NCBI GenBank assembly: GCA_003030785.1
Contig: PYVH01000001.1
Span: forward strand, 8,454 to 72,453
Direction: 5' to 3'
Source: Marinobacter sp. B9-2
Lineage (GTDB): Bacteria > Pseudomonadota > Gammaproteobacteria > Pseudomonadales > Oleiphilaceae
Length of the DNA stretch: 64,000 nucleotides
The translations under genes and the position numbers were made by a program. A model generated the notes under the pieces. That model saw only the letters and a program-made list of their open reading frames with translations. It ran no database searches and was not told where the DNA came from. Below, piece after piece: positions 28,467 through 39,449 of the stretch (position 1 is the stretch's first letter; each line of letters starts with the position of its first letter).

Positions 28467-29198
28467 ATGAATATTAAACATGCGGTTGTGGCGCTTGCCT
28501 TCGGTTTCGGCACACTTGTTATGGCGAATGTCAGTGCCGGTGAAGTCGAAGACCGGATTTCCGAGCGCCTGACCGAGGCCGTCCCGGGCCTTCAGGTGAT
28601 ATCGGTAAAGGAGTCCGAGGCAAAGGGGCTTTATGAAGTCCAGAGCAACAATGGTGACACGATTTACGCGACCGAGGATGGCCAGTATCTGATGACGGGG
28701 GACCTTCTGAAGATTACCGACCAGGGCATTGCCAATGTGACTGAAGCCGCCCGCGCGGACGCCCGTCGCCAGACGATGGCAGATTTCGGGGACGAAGGGG
28801 TGATCAGCTTCCCCGCCAAAAACGAAAAGGCGGTGGTGGATGTGTTTACCGACATCGATTGCCCCTATTGCCGGAAGCTGCACGATGAAGTGCCGCAGCT
28901 CAACGAATACGGCATTACCGTCAATTATTATGCATTCCCCCGGTCCGGGCCCAATACCGCTTCTTTCCGGAAATACGAGTCGGTCTGGTGCGCTGACGAT
29001 CAGCAGGCGGCCATGGACGCAGCCAAGGCCGGTCGCAAAGTGGCCGATGCAAGCTGCGAGAACCCGGTGCGTGAGCAGTTTGAGTTGGGTAGTCGGGTTG
29101 GCGTAACCGGCACACCTGCCATTGTGCTGGAGGACGGCAACATGGTTCGTGGCTATGTCCCCGCGCAACGTCTGGCCGAGGGACTTGGGCTCCTCTGA
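28467..29198 (+). CDS. dsbC: Thiol:disulfide interchange protein DsbC
   Basis: Signal peptide, FTDIDCPYCRKLH, GVTGTPA, GYVP; follows xerD. Confidence 0.93.
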   Translation: MNIKHAVVALAFGFGTLVMANVSAGEVEDRISERLTEAVPGLQVISVKESEAKGLYEVQSNNGDTIYATEDGQYLMTGDLLKITDQGIANVTEAARADARRQTMADFGDEGVISFPAKNEKAVVDVFTDIDCPYCRKLHDEVPQLNEYGITVNYYAFPRSGPNTASFRKYESVWCADDQQAAMDAAKAGRKVADASCENPVREQFELGSRVGVTGTPAIVLEDGNMVRGYVPAQRLAEGLGLL

Positions 29199-29343
29199 AA
29201 GCCTCCCGGACCAGTCGTCCGGGCTGCATTACACCGTAATTTCGATGGATCCGATTCAGGGCTTATTCAGTGAGGCCTGAATCGGTATACTATGCCCGCC
29301 TAACATAATTCATCAGCACCCCTTCGGGATCAGAGGTGAGAGT

Positions 29344-30645
29344 TTGAAAGACGTCAGTGTCGGAATCTGCGGATTGGGAACCGTCGGCGGCGGTACCTTT
29401 AATGTCTTGACCCGCAACGCCAGGCTGATTGCCGGCCGGGCCGGGTGCAATATCCGGATTACCCGGATTGCCAGTCGACGGGCCCGGGAGGATATGGACC
29501 TCGGGGATGTGCCCTTCAGCACCGACATTTATGACGTGGTGAATGATCCCGGCGTCGATATCGTGGTGGAGCTCATCGGTGGCTATGACGCCGCGCGGGA
29601 GCTGGTGCTGGCGGCTATCCGTAACGGCAAGCATGTGGTTACCGCCAACAAGGCCCTGATCGCTGTCCACGGTAACGAAATCTTTGAAGCGGCCGAGAAA
29701 GCCGGCGTTGTAGTGGCCTACGAGGCGGGTGTTGCCGGTGGTATTCCGGTCATCAAGGCCGTACGTGAAGGCATGGCGGCAAACCGCATTGACTGGATTG
29801 CCGGCATTATCAACGGCACCGGGAACTACATCCTGACCGAGATGCGTGCCGGTCGGGAATTTTCCGAAGTTCTCAAGGAAGCCCAGGACCTGGGTTACGC
29901 TGAAGCAGATCCGACCTTTGATGTGGAAGGTATTGACGCCGCCCACAAACTGACCATTCTGGCGTCCGCCGGATTTGGTGTGCCCCTGCAATTCGAAAAA
30001 GGCTTCACCGAAGGCATCTCCAAGATTACCCCTTACGATATTGCCCACGCCGAGCTATTGGGCTATCGCATCAAGCACCTCGGTATTGCCCGTCGTCGGG
30101 ATGATGGCATTGAACTTCGCGTTCACCCGACCCTGGTGCCCCAGAGCCATCTGATTGCCCAGGTTGATGGCGTGCTCAACGCGGTCCTGGTGGATGGCGA
30201 TGCCGTTGGCCAGACCATGTACTACGGCCCCGGCGCAGGGGATGAGGCAACAGCGTCGGCTGTTATCGCCGATATTGTCGATGTTGCCCGGGCCGTGGCG
30301 ACAGAAAGCAACCTCCGTGTGCCTTACCTTGGCTTCTCACCGGATGCCATGGAAGACCTGGATGTGCTGTCCATGGAAGACATCCAGTCTGCCTACTACC
30401 TGCGCATTACCGCACTGGACCGTCCGGGTGTACTGGCCAAGATTGCCTCCATCCTGAGCGAGCATGGCATCAATATTGAGTCGATCATGCAGAAGGAATC
30501 CGAGCTGAAAGACGGTCGTATTCCGGTAATCATCCTGACCCACACCGTTCAGGAACGGCAGATCAACCGTGCGATTGAAGAGCTGGAAGCCCTGTCCGAT
30601 ACCGATGGCCAGGTTGTCCGCATCCGCGCTGAAAATTTCAACTGA
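29344..30645 (+). CDS. hom: Homoserine dehydrogenase
   Basis: GLGTVGGG, HVVTANK, GIINGTGNYIL, GYAEADPTFDVEG, C-terminal ACT domain; TTG start. Confidence 0.95.
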   Translation: MKDVSVGICGLGTVGGGTFNVLTRNARLIAGRAGCNIRITRIASRRAREDMDLGDVPFSTDIYDVVNDPGVDIVVELIGGYDAARELVLAAIRNGKHVVTANKALIAVHGNEIFEAAEKAGVVVAYEAGVAGGIPVIKAVREGMAANRIDWIAGIINGTGNYILTEMRAGREFSEVLKEAQDLGYAEADPTFDVEGIDAAHKLTILASAGFGVPLQFEKGFTEGISKITPYDIAHAELLGYRIKHLGIARRRDDGIELRVHPTLVPQSHLIAQVDGVLNAVLVDGDAVGQTMYYGPGAGDEATASAVIADIVDVARAVATESNLRVPYLGFSPDAMEDLDVLSMEDIQSAYYLRITALDRPGVLAKIASILSEHGINIESIMQKESELKDGRIPVIILTHTVQERQINRAIEELEALSDTDGQVVRIRAENFN

Positions 30646-30656
30646 CAGGTACGAAC

Positions 30657-32057
30657 GTGAGATACATCAGTACGCGGGGTGAAGCGCCCGCACTGGGGTT
30701 TGAGGATGTTTTGCTGACCGGACTGGCGACAGACGGCGGCCTCTACGTTCCCGAATCCCTGCCTCATTTCAGTCTGGAAGAAATCCGTAGCTGGCGCGGA
30801 CTTTCCTACAGCGAGCTGGCTTTCAACGTCATGCACCCGTTCGTGGACGACGCTGTGCCTGCGGATGATTTCCGCAAGATGCTGGACGAGACCTACTCGG
30901 TCTTCGCCCACCAGGCCGTGGCTCCGCTGGTTCAGCTGGATACCAACGAATGGGTGATGGAGCTGTTTCGGGGCCCGACCCTGGCGTTCAAGGATTTCGC
31001 CCTGCAGCTGTTGGGCCGCCTTCTGGACTATGTCCTGGAGAAGCGCAAGCAGCACGTGGTTATCATGGGGGCAACTTCCGGTGATACCGGTTCGGCTGCC
31101 ATCGAAGGCTGTCGCAAGTGCGAGCACGTGGATATTTTCATTCTGCATCCTTACCAGCGGGTGTCAGAGGTCCAGCGCCGCCAGATGACCACCGTTCAGG
31201 GTGACAACATCCACAATATTGCGGTGCGTGGCAACTTCGACGACTGTCAGCGCATGGTGAAGGAGAGCTTCGGCAACCAGTCATTCCTGGGTGGCAAAAC
31301 CCAGCTGGCCGCCGTGAACTCCATCAACTGGGCGCGGATCATGGCCCAGATTGTTTACTACTTCCACGCTTCCCTGGCGTTGGGTGGCCCGGACCGGAGC
31401 ATGGCGTTTTCGGTACCCACAGGGAACTTCGGCGATATCTTTGCCGGCTACCTGGCCAAGAAGATGGGGCTGCCGATCTCACAGCTGGTCATTGCCACCA
31501 ACCGCAACGACATCCTGCATCGTTTCATGAGTGGCAACAAATACGAACAGCACCAGCTGGAGCACACCCTGTCTCCGAGCATGGATATCATGGTGTCGAG
31601 CAATTTCGAGCGTCTGCTGTTTGATCTGCACGGTCGTGACGGGCTGGCAGTGAAGACCCTGCTGGAAAATGCCGCCAAAGGGCCGGTCAGCATCGAGGAT
31701 TACCGCTGGAAGCATGCGCGCAAGTTGTTCGACAGTGACGCGGTGGATGACAAAGCCACCTGCGATACCATTCGTGAGATTTACGAACAGAACGAGTATC
31801 TTCTGGATCCTCACACCGCCATCGGGGTTCGCGCTGCGCGCAACTGTCGCCGTGATCAGGCGGTACCGATGATCACCCTGGGTACCGCACACCCGGCCAA
31901 GTTCCCGGATGCCGTGGCCGAATCCGGCGTAAGTGTGAAGCCGCCTCTGCCGGCCCATATGGCCAACCTGTTCGAGCGGGAAGAGCGCTACACGGTGCTG
32001 GATAACAATATCGCCGGTGTGCAGGAGTTTATTGCCAAGCACTGGAAAAACGCCTGA
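30657..32057 (+). CDS. thrC: Threonine synthase
   Basis: MRYISTRG, GPTLAFKD, ATSGDTGSAA, NSINWARI, VPTGNFG, TAHPAKF. Confidence 0.96.
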   Translation: MRYISTRGEAPALGFEDVLLTGLATDGGLYVPESLPHFSLEEIRSWRGLSYSELAFNVMHPFVDDAVPADDFRKMLDETYSVFAHQAVAPLVQLDTNEWVMELFRGPTLAFKDFALQLLGRLLDYVLEKRKQHVVIMGATSGDTGSAAIEGCRKCEHVDIFILHPYQRVSEVQRRQMTTVQGDNIHNIAVRGNFDDCQRMVKESFGNQSFLGGKTQLAAVNSINWARIMAQIVYYFHASLALGGPDRSMAFSVPTGNFGDIFAGYLAKKMGLPISQLVIATNRNDILHRFMSGNKYEQHQLEHTLSPSMDIMVSSNFERLLFDLHGRDGLAVKTLLENAAKGPVSIEDYRWKHARKLFDSDAVDDKATCDTIREIYEQNEYLLDPHTAIGVRAARNCRRDQAVPMITLGTAHPAKFPDAVAESGVSVKPPLPAHMANLFEREERYTVLDNNIAGVQEFIAKHWKNA

Positions 32058-32063
32058 CCGGGT

Positions 32064-33797
32064 ATGACACCAAAAAAGATCCTGCGTCGCCCCCAGCCCG
32101 AGACATTCCCGGACTGGGGGCAAAACCTGCCTCCCTTGCTTCGCCGTCTGTATGCCGCCCGTGGCGTTACTTCCGATGAACAGCTCAGCTACACGCTGAA
32201 ACACCTGGCCTCGCCCATGTCTCTTCGGGGCATCGACCGGGCGGTCGAACTTCTTGCGGAGGCCATCGAGAAGCAACAGCGGGTTCTGGTGCTCGGGGAT
32301 TTTGACGCCGATGGCGCCACCAGCACGGCCGTCGCCATGCTTGGCCTTTCAATGCTGGGTCTGCAGAGCATCGATTTTCGCGTCCCGAGCCGGTTTGCCG
32401 ATGGCTATGGCCTGACGCCGGGTATTATTGAGCGCTTGCGCGATGAAGGTCAGCTTCCCGACCTGATGGTTACCGTCGATAACGGCATATCCGCCGTTGA
32501 GGGTGTTCGAGCGGCCAAAGAGCTTGGCGTGAAGGTGGTGTTGACGGATCACCACCTGGCCGGGGAAGAGCTCCCGGACGCCGATGCCATCGTCAATCCC
32601 AACCAGCCGGGCTGCCCCTTCCTGAGCAAGAACGCTGCCGGTGTTGGCGTGATGTTTTACGTCCTTACGGCGTTGCGCAAGCAGCTCCGGGAAACCCATC
32701 GCCTGCCCGATCCCGAGCCGAACCTGGGGAGCCTGCTTGACCTGGTGGCCCTGGGTACGGTGGCTGATGTCGTGCCCCTGGACCATAACAACCGGATCTT
32801 CGTGGAGCAGGGCCTGCGCCGGATACGTCAGGGCGAGGCCCGGGCGGGAATCCTTGCCCTGCTGGAAATTGCGGGCCGCGACCATACTGCGATCAGCTCA
32901 ACCGACCTTGGATTTGTGGTTGGCCCCCGTCTGAATGCGGCGGGAAGGCTTGACGACATGAGTATCGGTATTGCCTGCCTGCTGGCAGACAGTCCGGACG
33001 AGGCGCGTCGACTGGCCCGGGAGCTGGACACCTTCAACCGTGAACGCCGGACCATCGAGAAAGACATGAAGGCCCAGGCACAGGATCTGCTGGCTTCCAT
33101 GTCTCTTGATCTTGAGGGACTGCCCTGGGGCCTCGCCCTGTTTGATCCCGACTGGCATCAGGGGGTTATCGGCATCCTCGCGGCCCGAATTCGAGAGCAG
33201 ACCCACAGACCAACCATTGCCTTTGCCCCGGATGACAATGGCGAAGACATCAAGGGCTCTGCCCGCTCCATCCCGGGTTTGCATATCCGGGATGTGCTCG
33301 CGGTGGTCGATTCCCGCCACCCCGGCATGATGAAAAAGTTTGGGGGTCACGCCATGGCCGCCGGCATGACCCTTGCCAAAGCCGATCTGGACGCCTTCTC
33401 CGAAGCCTTCGATCACGCCGTTCGCGACACGCTGTCGGCGGAGGATCTGGAAGCCGCGATCACCACCGACGGGCCGCTTGGGCAAAACGAGCTGTCACTG
33501 GACACCGCGGCACTGCTCAAGCGGGCCGGCCCCTGGGGGCAACATTTCCCGGAGCCGTTGTTCGACGGCGAATTCCGGGTGGTGAGCCAGCGAATCGTTG
33601 GGGAGAACCACCTGAAACTGGTGCTGCAACCAGCCGAGGGCGGCGGAATTATCGACGGCATAGCGTTCAATACCGGCCCGGAAGTGCCCGACTACACCCG
33701 CACCGGGGCCCGGGTTGTTTACAAGCCGGATGCCAATACCTTCCGGGGGCGGACCAATCTCCAGCTTCTAGTGGATTATCTCGAGCCGCTTGCCTGA
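32064..33797 (+). CDS. recJ: Single-stranded-DNA exonuclease RecJ
   Basis: GDFDADG, TVDNGI, TDHH, GPRLNAAGRL, GSARS, FGGHAMAAG. Confidence 0.96.
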   Translation: MTPKKILRRPQPETFPDWGQNLPPLLRRLYAARGVTSDEQLSYTLKHLASPMSLRGIDRAVELLAEAIEKQQRVLVLGDFDADGATSTAVAMLGLSMLGLQSIDFRVPSRFADGYGLTPGIIERLRDEGQLPDLMVTVDNGISAVEGVRAAKELGVKVVLTDHHLAGEELPDADAIVNPNQPGCPFLSKNAAGVGVMFYVLTALRKQLRETHRLPDPEPNLGSLLDLVALGTVADVVPLDHNNRIFVEQGLRRIRQGEARAGILALLEIAGRDHTAISSTDLGFVVGPRLNAAGRLDDMSIGIACLLADSPDEARRLARELDTFNRERRTIEKDMKAQAQDLLASMSLDLEGLPWGLALFDPDWHQGVIGILAARIREQTHRPTIAFAPDDNGEDIKGSARSIPGLHIRDVLAVVDSRHPGMMKKFGGHAMAAGMTLAKADLDAFSEAFDHAVRDTLSAEDLEAAITTDGPLGQNELSLDTAALLKRAGPWGQHFPEPLFDGEFRVVSQRIVGENHLKLVLQPAEGGGIIDGIAFNTGPEVPDYTRTGARVVYKPDANTFRGRTNLQLLVDYLEPLA

Positions 33798-33891
33798 CTC
33801 ACGGAAACCCGCAGGCTGATTTACAAACCGATTTCCGGTAGAATCCCGCCCCTGTTTTTACTCTCCATTTTCAAGAGCGAGTAAGGGTTTC

Positions 33892-34987
33892 ATGGAAATT
33901 AATCCCATTGTGACGAAGATTAAAGAGCTTCGTGAGCGCACTGAAGCGCTCAGGGGGTATCTTTGACTACGATCAGCGTAGTGAGCGACTGACCGAAGTT
34001 GAGCGCGAACTGGAGCAGCCGAGTGTCTGGGACGACCCCGAGCGGGCTCAGGCTCTGGGCAAAGAGCGCGCGGATCTTGAACTGATCGTCAAGACCATCG
34101 ACAACCTCACCTCCGGCCTGGAAGACGCCGAAGGTCTGCTGGACATTGCCGCAGAAGAAGAGGATGCGGGCACCGTTGCCGAGATCGAATCAGATCTTGA
34201 GGGCCTTGATAAAGAGCTCGAGAAGCTCGAATTCCGCCGCATGTTCTCCGGCGAAATGGACGCCAACAACGCCTACCTGGATATTCAGGCCGGCTCCGGT
34301 GGCACCGAAGCCCAGGACTGGGCCAACATGCTCCTGCGCATGTACCTGCGCTGGGCCGAGCGTCGGGGCTTCAAGGCCGAGATTGTCGAGCTGATGGAAG
34401 GTGAAGTGGCTGGCATCAAGAGCGCCACCATTCACATCCAGGGCGACTATGCCTATGGCTGGCTGCGTACCGAAACCGGCGTGCACCGGCTGGTGCGTAA
34501 ATCGCCGTTCGATTCCGGCAACCGTCGGCATACTTCGTTTTCTTCCGTGTTTGTGTCACCGGAAGTTGATGACAGCTTCGAAATTGAAATCAATCCGGCG
34601 GATCTGCGAGTGGATGTCTACCGTGCCTCCGGCGCCGGTGGTCAGCACGTTAACCGGACCGAGTCGGCGGTACGTCTGACTCACAATCCCACCGGTATTG
34701 TTGTGGCCTGTCAGGCTGGCCGAAGCCAGCACCAGAACAAGGACCAGGCCATGAAGCAGCTCAAGGCGAAGCTGTTTGAGCGTGAGATGCAGGAGCGTAA
34801 CGCCGAGAAACAGAAGGCCGAGGACGCCAAGGCCGATATCGGTTGGGGCAGCCAGATCCGCTCCTATGTTCTGGATGACAGCCGTATCAAGGACCTGCGC
34901 ACCAAAGTTGAAACCAGTAATACCCAGTCGGTGCTGGACGGTGACATTGACAAGTTCATCGAAGCCAGCCTGAAGATGGCGCTGTAA
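33892..34987 (+). CDS. prfB: Peptide chain release factor 2 (programmed +1 frameshift)
   Basis: ATG 33892 encodes [24 protein letters not shown], then CTT-TGA-C at 33961-33967; the +1 frame continues DYDQRSE... with SPF and GGQ motifs. Confidence 0.97.
33952..33967 (+). promoter_or_regulatory. prfB +1 frameshift signal
   Basis: Internal SD AGGGGG, TAT, then CTTTGAC slippery site. Confidence 0.95.
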
Positions 34988-35038
34988 CCAGCGCCTTTGC
35001 CACGCTAACCCGGACAACCCGATTCCTAGTGAGCCAAA

Positions 35039-36574
35039 ATGACTGATCAAACTCAGAATGCCGCACAGCATGAGGACAACAAGCTGATTGCCGAGCGCCG
35101 CGCCAAACTGTCCGAGATGCGCGACCAGGGCAATGCCTTCCCGAACGACTTCCGTCGTGACGCCACCGCCGCGGAACTGCAGGCGAAATATGGTGATAAA
35201 TCCAAGGAAGAGCTGGAGTCCCTCGGTATCAAGGTGGCCATTGCCGGCCGCATGATGCTTGATCGCAAGGCATTCAAGGTGGTTCAGGACATGACCGGCC
35301 GGATCCAGATCTATGCCTCCAAGGATGTCCAGAAAGACACCAAACACTGGGATCTGGGGGACATCGTGGGTGTTCGTGGCACTCTGTCCAAGTCGGGCAA
35401 GGGCGACCTGTACGTGACCATGGATGAGTATGTGCTGCTCACCAAGTCCCTGCGCCCGCTCCCTGAAAAACACAAGGGCCTGACCGACACGGAAGCCCGT
35501 TACCGCCACCGCTACGTCGACCTGATGGTCAACGAGGACAGCCGTCGGGTGTTCTATGCGCGCTCGAAGATCATCAGCGCCATGCGTCAGTACTTCACCG
35601 ACCGGGACTTCATGGAAGTGGAAACCCCGATGTTGCAGGTGATTCCCGGCGGTGCCACGGCGCGTCCTTTCGTTACCCATCACAACGCGCTGGGTATCGA
35701 CATGTACCTGCGCATTGCGCCGGAGCTGTTCCTGAAGCGCCTGGTGGTTGGCGGCTTTGAGCGGGTATTCGAGATCAACCGGAACTTCCGCAATGAGGGT
35801 CTTTCCACCCGTCATAATCCGGAATTCACCATGGTCGAGTTCTACCAGGCTTACGCGGACTACAACGACCTGATGGATCTGACCGAAGACATGCTGCGCA
35901 GCATTACGCAGAAAGTGCTGGGTACGACGACCGTCGTGAACACCCGCACCCTGGCGGATGGCAGCGAAGAAACCATCGAGTACGATTTCGGTAAAGCCTT
36001 CGAGCGCCTGACCGTGGTCGACGCCATCCTGCGCTACAACCCGGACATCAAGCCGGAACAGCTGGCGGACGACGCCGGTGCCCGCCAGGTGGCGAAAAAT
36101 CTTGGTATTCATCTCAAGGATGGTTGGGGCCTGGGCAAAGTCCAGATCGAGATCTTCGAGGCGACGGCGGAGCATCGCCTGATGCAGCCGACGTTTATCA
36201 CCGAGTACCCGAAAGAAGTGTCGCCCCTGGCCCGCTGCAAAGACAGCAACCCGTTCGTCACCGAACGTTTCGAATTCTTCGTAGGCGGTCGCGAAATCGC
36301 CAACGGCTTCTCGGAGCTGAACGACGCCGAAGACCAGGCCGAGCGCTTCCAGGCCCAGGTGGCCGAGAAAGACGCCGGTGACGACGAAGCCATGTTCTAC
36401 GATGAAGACTACGTGATGGCCCTGGAATACGGCCTGCCGCCCACCGCCGGTGAAGGTATCGGAATCGACCGGCTGGCCATGCTGCTGACCAACTCCGCAT
36501 CAATCCGCGACGTTATCCTGTTCCCGGCCATGCGCCCCGAGCACAAGGCCGACAGCCGTAAAGACGCGGAGTGA
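35039..36574 (+). CDS. lysS: Lysyl-tRNA synthetase (class II)
   Basis: [24 protein letters not shown]...[22 protein letters not shown]. Confidence 0.97.
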   Translation: MTDQTQNAAQHEDNKLIAERRAKLSEMRDQGNAFPNDFRRDATAAELQAKYGDKSKEELESLGIKVAIAGRMMLDRKAFKVVQDMTGRIQIYASKDVQKDTKHWDLGDIVGVRGTLSKSGKGDLYVTMDEYVLLTKSLRPLPEKHKGLTDTEARYRHRYVDLMVNEDSRRVFYARSKIISAMRQYFTDRDFMEVETPMLQVIPGGATARPFVTHHNALGIDMYLRIAPELFLKRLVVGGFERVFEINRNFRNEGLSTRHNPEFTMVEFYQAYADYNDLMDLTEDMLRSITQKVLGTTTVVNTRTLADGSEETIEYDFGKAFERLTVVDAILRYNPDIKPEQLADDAGARQVAKNLGIHLKDGWGLGKVQIEIFEATAEHRLMQPTFITEYPKEVSPLARCKDSNPFVTERFEFFVGGREIANGFSELNDAEDQAERFQAQVAEKDAGDDEAMFYDEDYVMALEYGLPPTAGEGIGIDRLAMLLTNSASIRDVILFPAMRPEHKADSRKDAE

Positions 36575-36577
36575 TCC

Positions 36578-37312
36578 ATGAGCCCGGTTGAGGTACTGGC
36601 CAGCCAGCTCAGGCCCGACCGGGGCTGGAAAGAACATCTCGCGGAAGAATTCCGCCAGCCCTACATGCAGGGCCTGGCGGAATTCCTCGCCGCCGAGGAA
36701 CAGGCCGGAAAAGTCCTGTTTCCCGCCAGCCAACACTGCTTCAACGCCCTCAACAGCACGCCGCTCGATAACGTGAGAGTGGTCATTCTAGGCCAGGACC
36801 CTTACCACGGTCCCGGCCAGGCCCACGGCCTGTGCTTCTCCGTGCGCCCGGACGTGGCCATCCCGCCCTCGCTGGTGAACATCTTCAAGGAAATACAGGA
36901 CGACCTGGGAATCGCTCCCCCGGACCACGGCTGCCTGCAACCCTGGGCAGAGCAGGGCGTGTTGCTGCTCAACAGCGTTCTGACCGTCGTCCAGGGCCAG
37001 GCCGGCGCCCACCAGGGCAAAGGCTGGGAGACCTTCACCGACAAAGTTATCGAAACCATCAACCGCGAACGGGAAGGCGTGGTATTCCTGCTCTGGGGCA
37101 GCTACGCCAAAAAGAAAGGCCAACACATCGACCGCTCCAAACACCTGGTCCTGGACGGCCCTCACCCGTCACCCCTGAGTGCTTACCGGGGCTTCTTTGG
37201 TTGCAAGCACTTCTCAAAGGCGAACGACTGGTTGCAACAGCAGGGAAAGCCCACGGTTAACTGGGAGTTGCCAAACAAATCTGAGTTGATCGAGAGATAT
37301 AAGAAAAGCTGA
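36578..37312 (+). CDS. ung: Uracil-DNA glycosylase
   Basis: [43 protein letters not shown]. Confidence 0.96.
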   Translation: MSPVEVLASQLRPDRGWKEHLAEEFRQPYMQGLAEFLAAEEQAGKVLFPASQHCFNALNSTPLDNVRVVILGQDPYHGPGQAHGLCFSVRPDVAIPPSLVNIFKEIQDDLGIAPPDHGCLQPWAEQGVLLLNSVLTVVQGQAGAHQGKGWETFTDKVIETINREREGVVFLLWGSYAKKKGQHIDRSKHLVLDGPHPSPLSAYRGFFGCKHFSKANDWLQQQGKPTVNWELPNKSELIERYKKS

Positions 37313-37329
37313 GGGCATTCCCGCAAGTA

Positions 37330-37442
37330 GTCTTCGGGATGGGGTCGGGCTCCCAAAACCGTGCGGAGCCATGGATGGCGGAGCCGAGCGTACAAGGAGG
37401 TATGTACAGCGTGTTTTGGGAGCCCGACCCCATTCTGAAGAC
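37330..37442. repeat. Palindromic intergenic element (REP/MITE-like) with 30-bp arms
   Basis: 37330-37359 and 37413-37442 are reverse complements apart from two G:T pairs; the 53-nt interior holds two small hairpins with GGA loops. Confidence 0.8.
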
Positions 37443-37473
37443 GGGCGGTCAGGCTCCCAAAAGTAAAAGCGTA

Positions 37474-38307
37474 TTACTGAAGCAGCGCCATAGCCGCTTC
37501 CATCTGGGCGTTCAGATCCTCTTCCTCGCTCATGTCGATATTCGGATCCAACCCAAGACGATCAAAGGCCGAAATCTTCGTCCAGTCCATCTCCGTCCAC
37601 GGATGCTCCGAACCCGCAACCAGCTGCAGATTGGCAACCATCACCAGATCCGCATAGTCGGCCGCCGGCACCTCACGGTTCAAGTTGGCGTATTCCAGGG
37701 GAACGTTCTGAAGCTCCTTCGGGAAATCCCACTTCTTGAGGATGGTCGCCCCGATCTTCGGATGCAGTTCATCAACCACGTTGTCCAGCATGATGCTGCT
37801 GATCTGGATGTCCTGGTCTTCCACATAGCGCAGGATCGGCAGCACACCGATCAGATGCACCAGGCCTGCAAGGGTGGCCTGGTCCGGCTTGAGTTTGGTG
37901 TAGTGTTGCGCCAGAACGTGGCAGACACCGGCCACTTCGGTACTGGTCTGCCAAGTGGCACGCATGCGCTTGTCGATCATGTCGGACGTGGCCTGGAACA
38001 TCTGCTCCATGGCCAGGCCCATGGCCAAGTTGCTGGTGTAGGCCATACCGAGGCGGCTTACCGCCATGTTCAGGTTCTCAATGGCGCGGCTGCCCCGGAA
38101 CAGCGGGCTGTTGGTCACCCGGATGATGCGTGCGGACAGGGCCGTGTCATTGCTGATGACCTTTACCAGGTCGGCTATTGAAGAATCCTCGGATTGCGCA
38201 ATGTCTCTGACCTGAAGGGCTACCTCCGGAAGGGTGGGAAGCACCAGCTTGTCATTTTCGATGGCTGCATTGAGATCGGCTTTGATGGTTTCAACAATAT
38301 TCGACAT
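37474..38307 (-). CDS. HDOD domain protein
   Basis: LPTLPEVA, D.ALSARII...NSP, AVSRLG, LAGLVH.IG.LP, H..IG..IL..W.FP. Confidence 0.9.
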   Translation of the reverse strand: MSNIVETIKADLNAAIENDKLVLPTLPEVALQVRDIAQSEDSSIADLVKVISNDTALSARIIRVTNSPLFRGSRAIENLNMAVSRLGMAYTSNLAMGLAMEQMFQATSDMIDKRMRATWQTSTEVAGVCHVLAQHYTKLKPDQATLAGLVHLIGVLPILRYVEDQDIQISSIMLDNVVDELHPKIGATILKKWDFPKELQNVPLEYANLNREVPAADYADLVMVANLQLVAGSEHPWTEMDWTKISAFDRLGLDPNIDMSEEEDLNAQMEAAMALLQ

Positions 38308-38432
38308 GGTCAGTAAAGGTCCGCTTAAAGATTTCAGAGAATGGCCAGAATGCCTGCGCCACTGTCCGAACAATCAAATATGTGAGCTACTGCATAGCAA
38401 AATAGCAAATTCTGGCGCGTTTGCCTGTCAAC

Positions 38433-39428
38433 TTATGTATCTGATTGTGCGCTTTTTTCCCTTTCCGGCACCGGGTAGGGCAGTGGCATTGGCGTCAGCA
38501 CCGCTCCTGGCAGGCCATCCGGATGCAGGGCTTTTTCGGCTGCATCGTGGCGCACAACAGCGAGCAGTTCTATGCTGCCGTCATGGTATTTTACCGAGTT
38601 TACAACATCGCCCACTGACCGTTCGCCAGCAAACAGGGCGCTTCCGGGAACGGGCAGGTCTTCGGCCTGTTCAATCCGGAAGCGGAACAGGCTTTTCTTC
38701 AGTTGTCCGAGAAAATGCATCCGGGCAATCACTTCCTGCCCGGTGTAGCAGCCTTTCTTGAAATGCACGCCGTCCACGTGCTGCCAGTTCAGCATCTGTG
38801 GCACGAAGGACTCCTGTGTGGCGGTCGTCAGAGAGGCTACGCCCGCAGCAATCTCGGAGGCCTGCCAGTCTGTCGCGGGCAGCCGGTCGCTGTCAGAAAG
38901 CACCGCTTCACTCTCTTCAGTCTGCCAGAATTCGAAGCGGACCGTGCCCTCGGCTGTCGGCTGGGTCTTCACCAGGACGCCGTTACGGAGTGCGATCGAG
39001 TCACCGGGTTCCTTAAGACTTTCCAGAGCGTCACCGGCCAGGCTTTCAGCCAGCTGGTTGCCCAGGATTCCAATAATGCTGATCTCCTGCACAGCTTCCA
39101 TGGTGGTCCCGCGAAACAGCATCAGGTATTTGCGCAAGTGGCTGATGATGTCGTCAGCAAGATCGGAGGGAAAATCCATCAGGATGTCGTCCCTGTCCCG
39201 AACCATGCGGGTCAGGCAGTAGGCGCGGCCCTTGGGGGTCGCGGCCGCGGCTCTGGGCGAGCGGCCAGGGGTTACCTCGTCCAGATTCTGGCTGAACTGG
39301 CCCTGGAGAAACTTGTCGGTGCCGGGGCCGCTGATGCGCACAACCACCCGGTCGTCGAGGACCGCCCAGCCGCTGTCGGGCAGGGGATAGTCTGCAACGG
39401 CTGATACAGGAGAGTCTGTGTCGGTCAT
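38433..39428 (-). CDS. ygfZ: Folate-binding tRNA-modification/Fe-S protein YgfZ
   Basis: KFLQGQ, KGR, and the signature FKKGCYTGQEVIAR. Confidence 0.93.
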   Translation of the reverse strand: MTDTDSPVSAVADYPLPDSGWAVLDDRVVVRISGPGTDKFLQGQFSQNLDEVTPGRSPRAAAATPKGRAYCLTRMVRDRDDILMDFPSDLADDIISHLRKYLMLFRGTTMEAVQEISIIGILGNQLAESLAGDALESLKEPGDSIALRNGVLVKTQPTAEGTVRFEFWQTEESEAVLSDSDRLPATDWQASEIAAGVASLTTATQESFVPQMLNWQHVDGVHFKKGCYTGQEVIARMHFLGQLKKSLFRFRIEQAEDLPVPGSALFAGERSVGDVVNSVKYHDGSIELLAVVRHDAAEKALHPDGLPGAVLTPMPLPYPVPEREKSAQSDT

Positions 39429-39449
39429 GGCGTGCTCCAGATCGGTGAA

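Noticed and set aside
34556..36175. 539-aa ORF antisense to prfB/lysS
   Set aside because: Shadow ORF of conserved genes in a high-GC genome; no recognisable motifs
37330..37442. Palindrome as CRISPR repeat or simple terminator
   Set aside because: Single unit with no spacers or cas genes; a 53-nt structured interior and no adjacent U-tract do not fit a simple terminator
37339..38181. 280-aa + strand ORF starting within the palindromic element
   Set aside because: Mostly antisense to the HDOD gene; no recognisable domain
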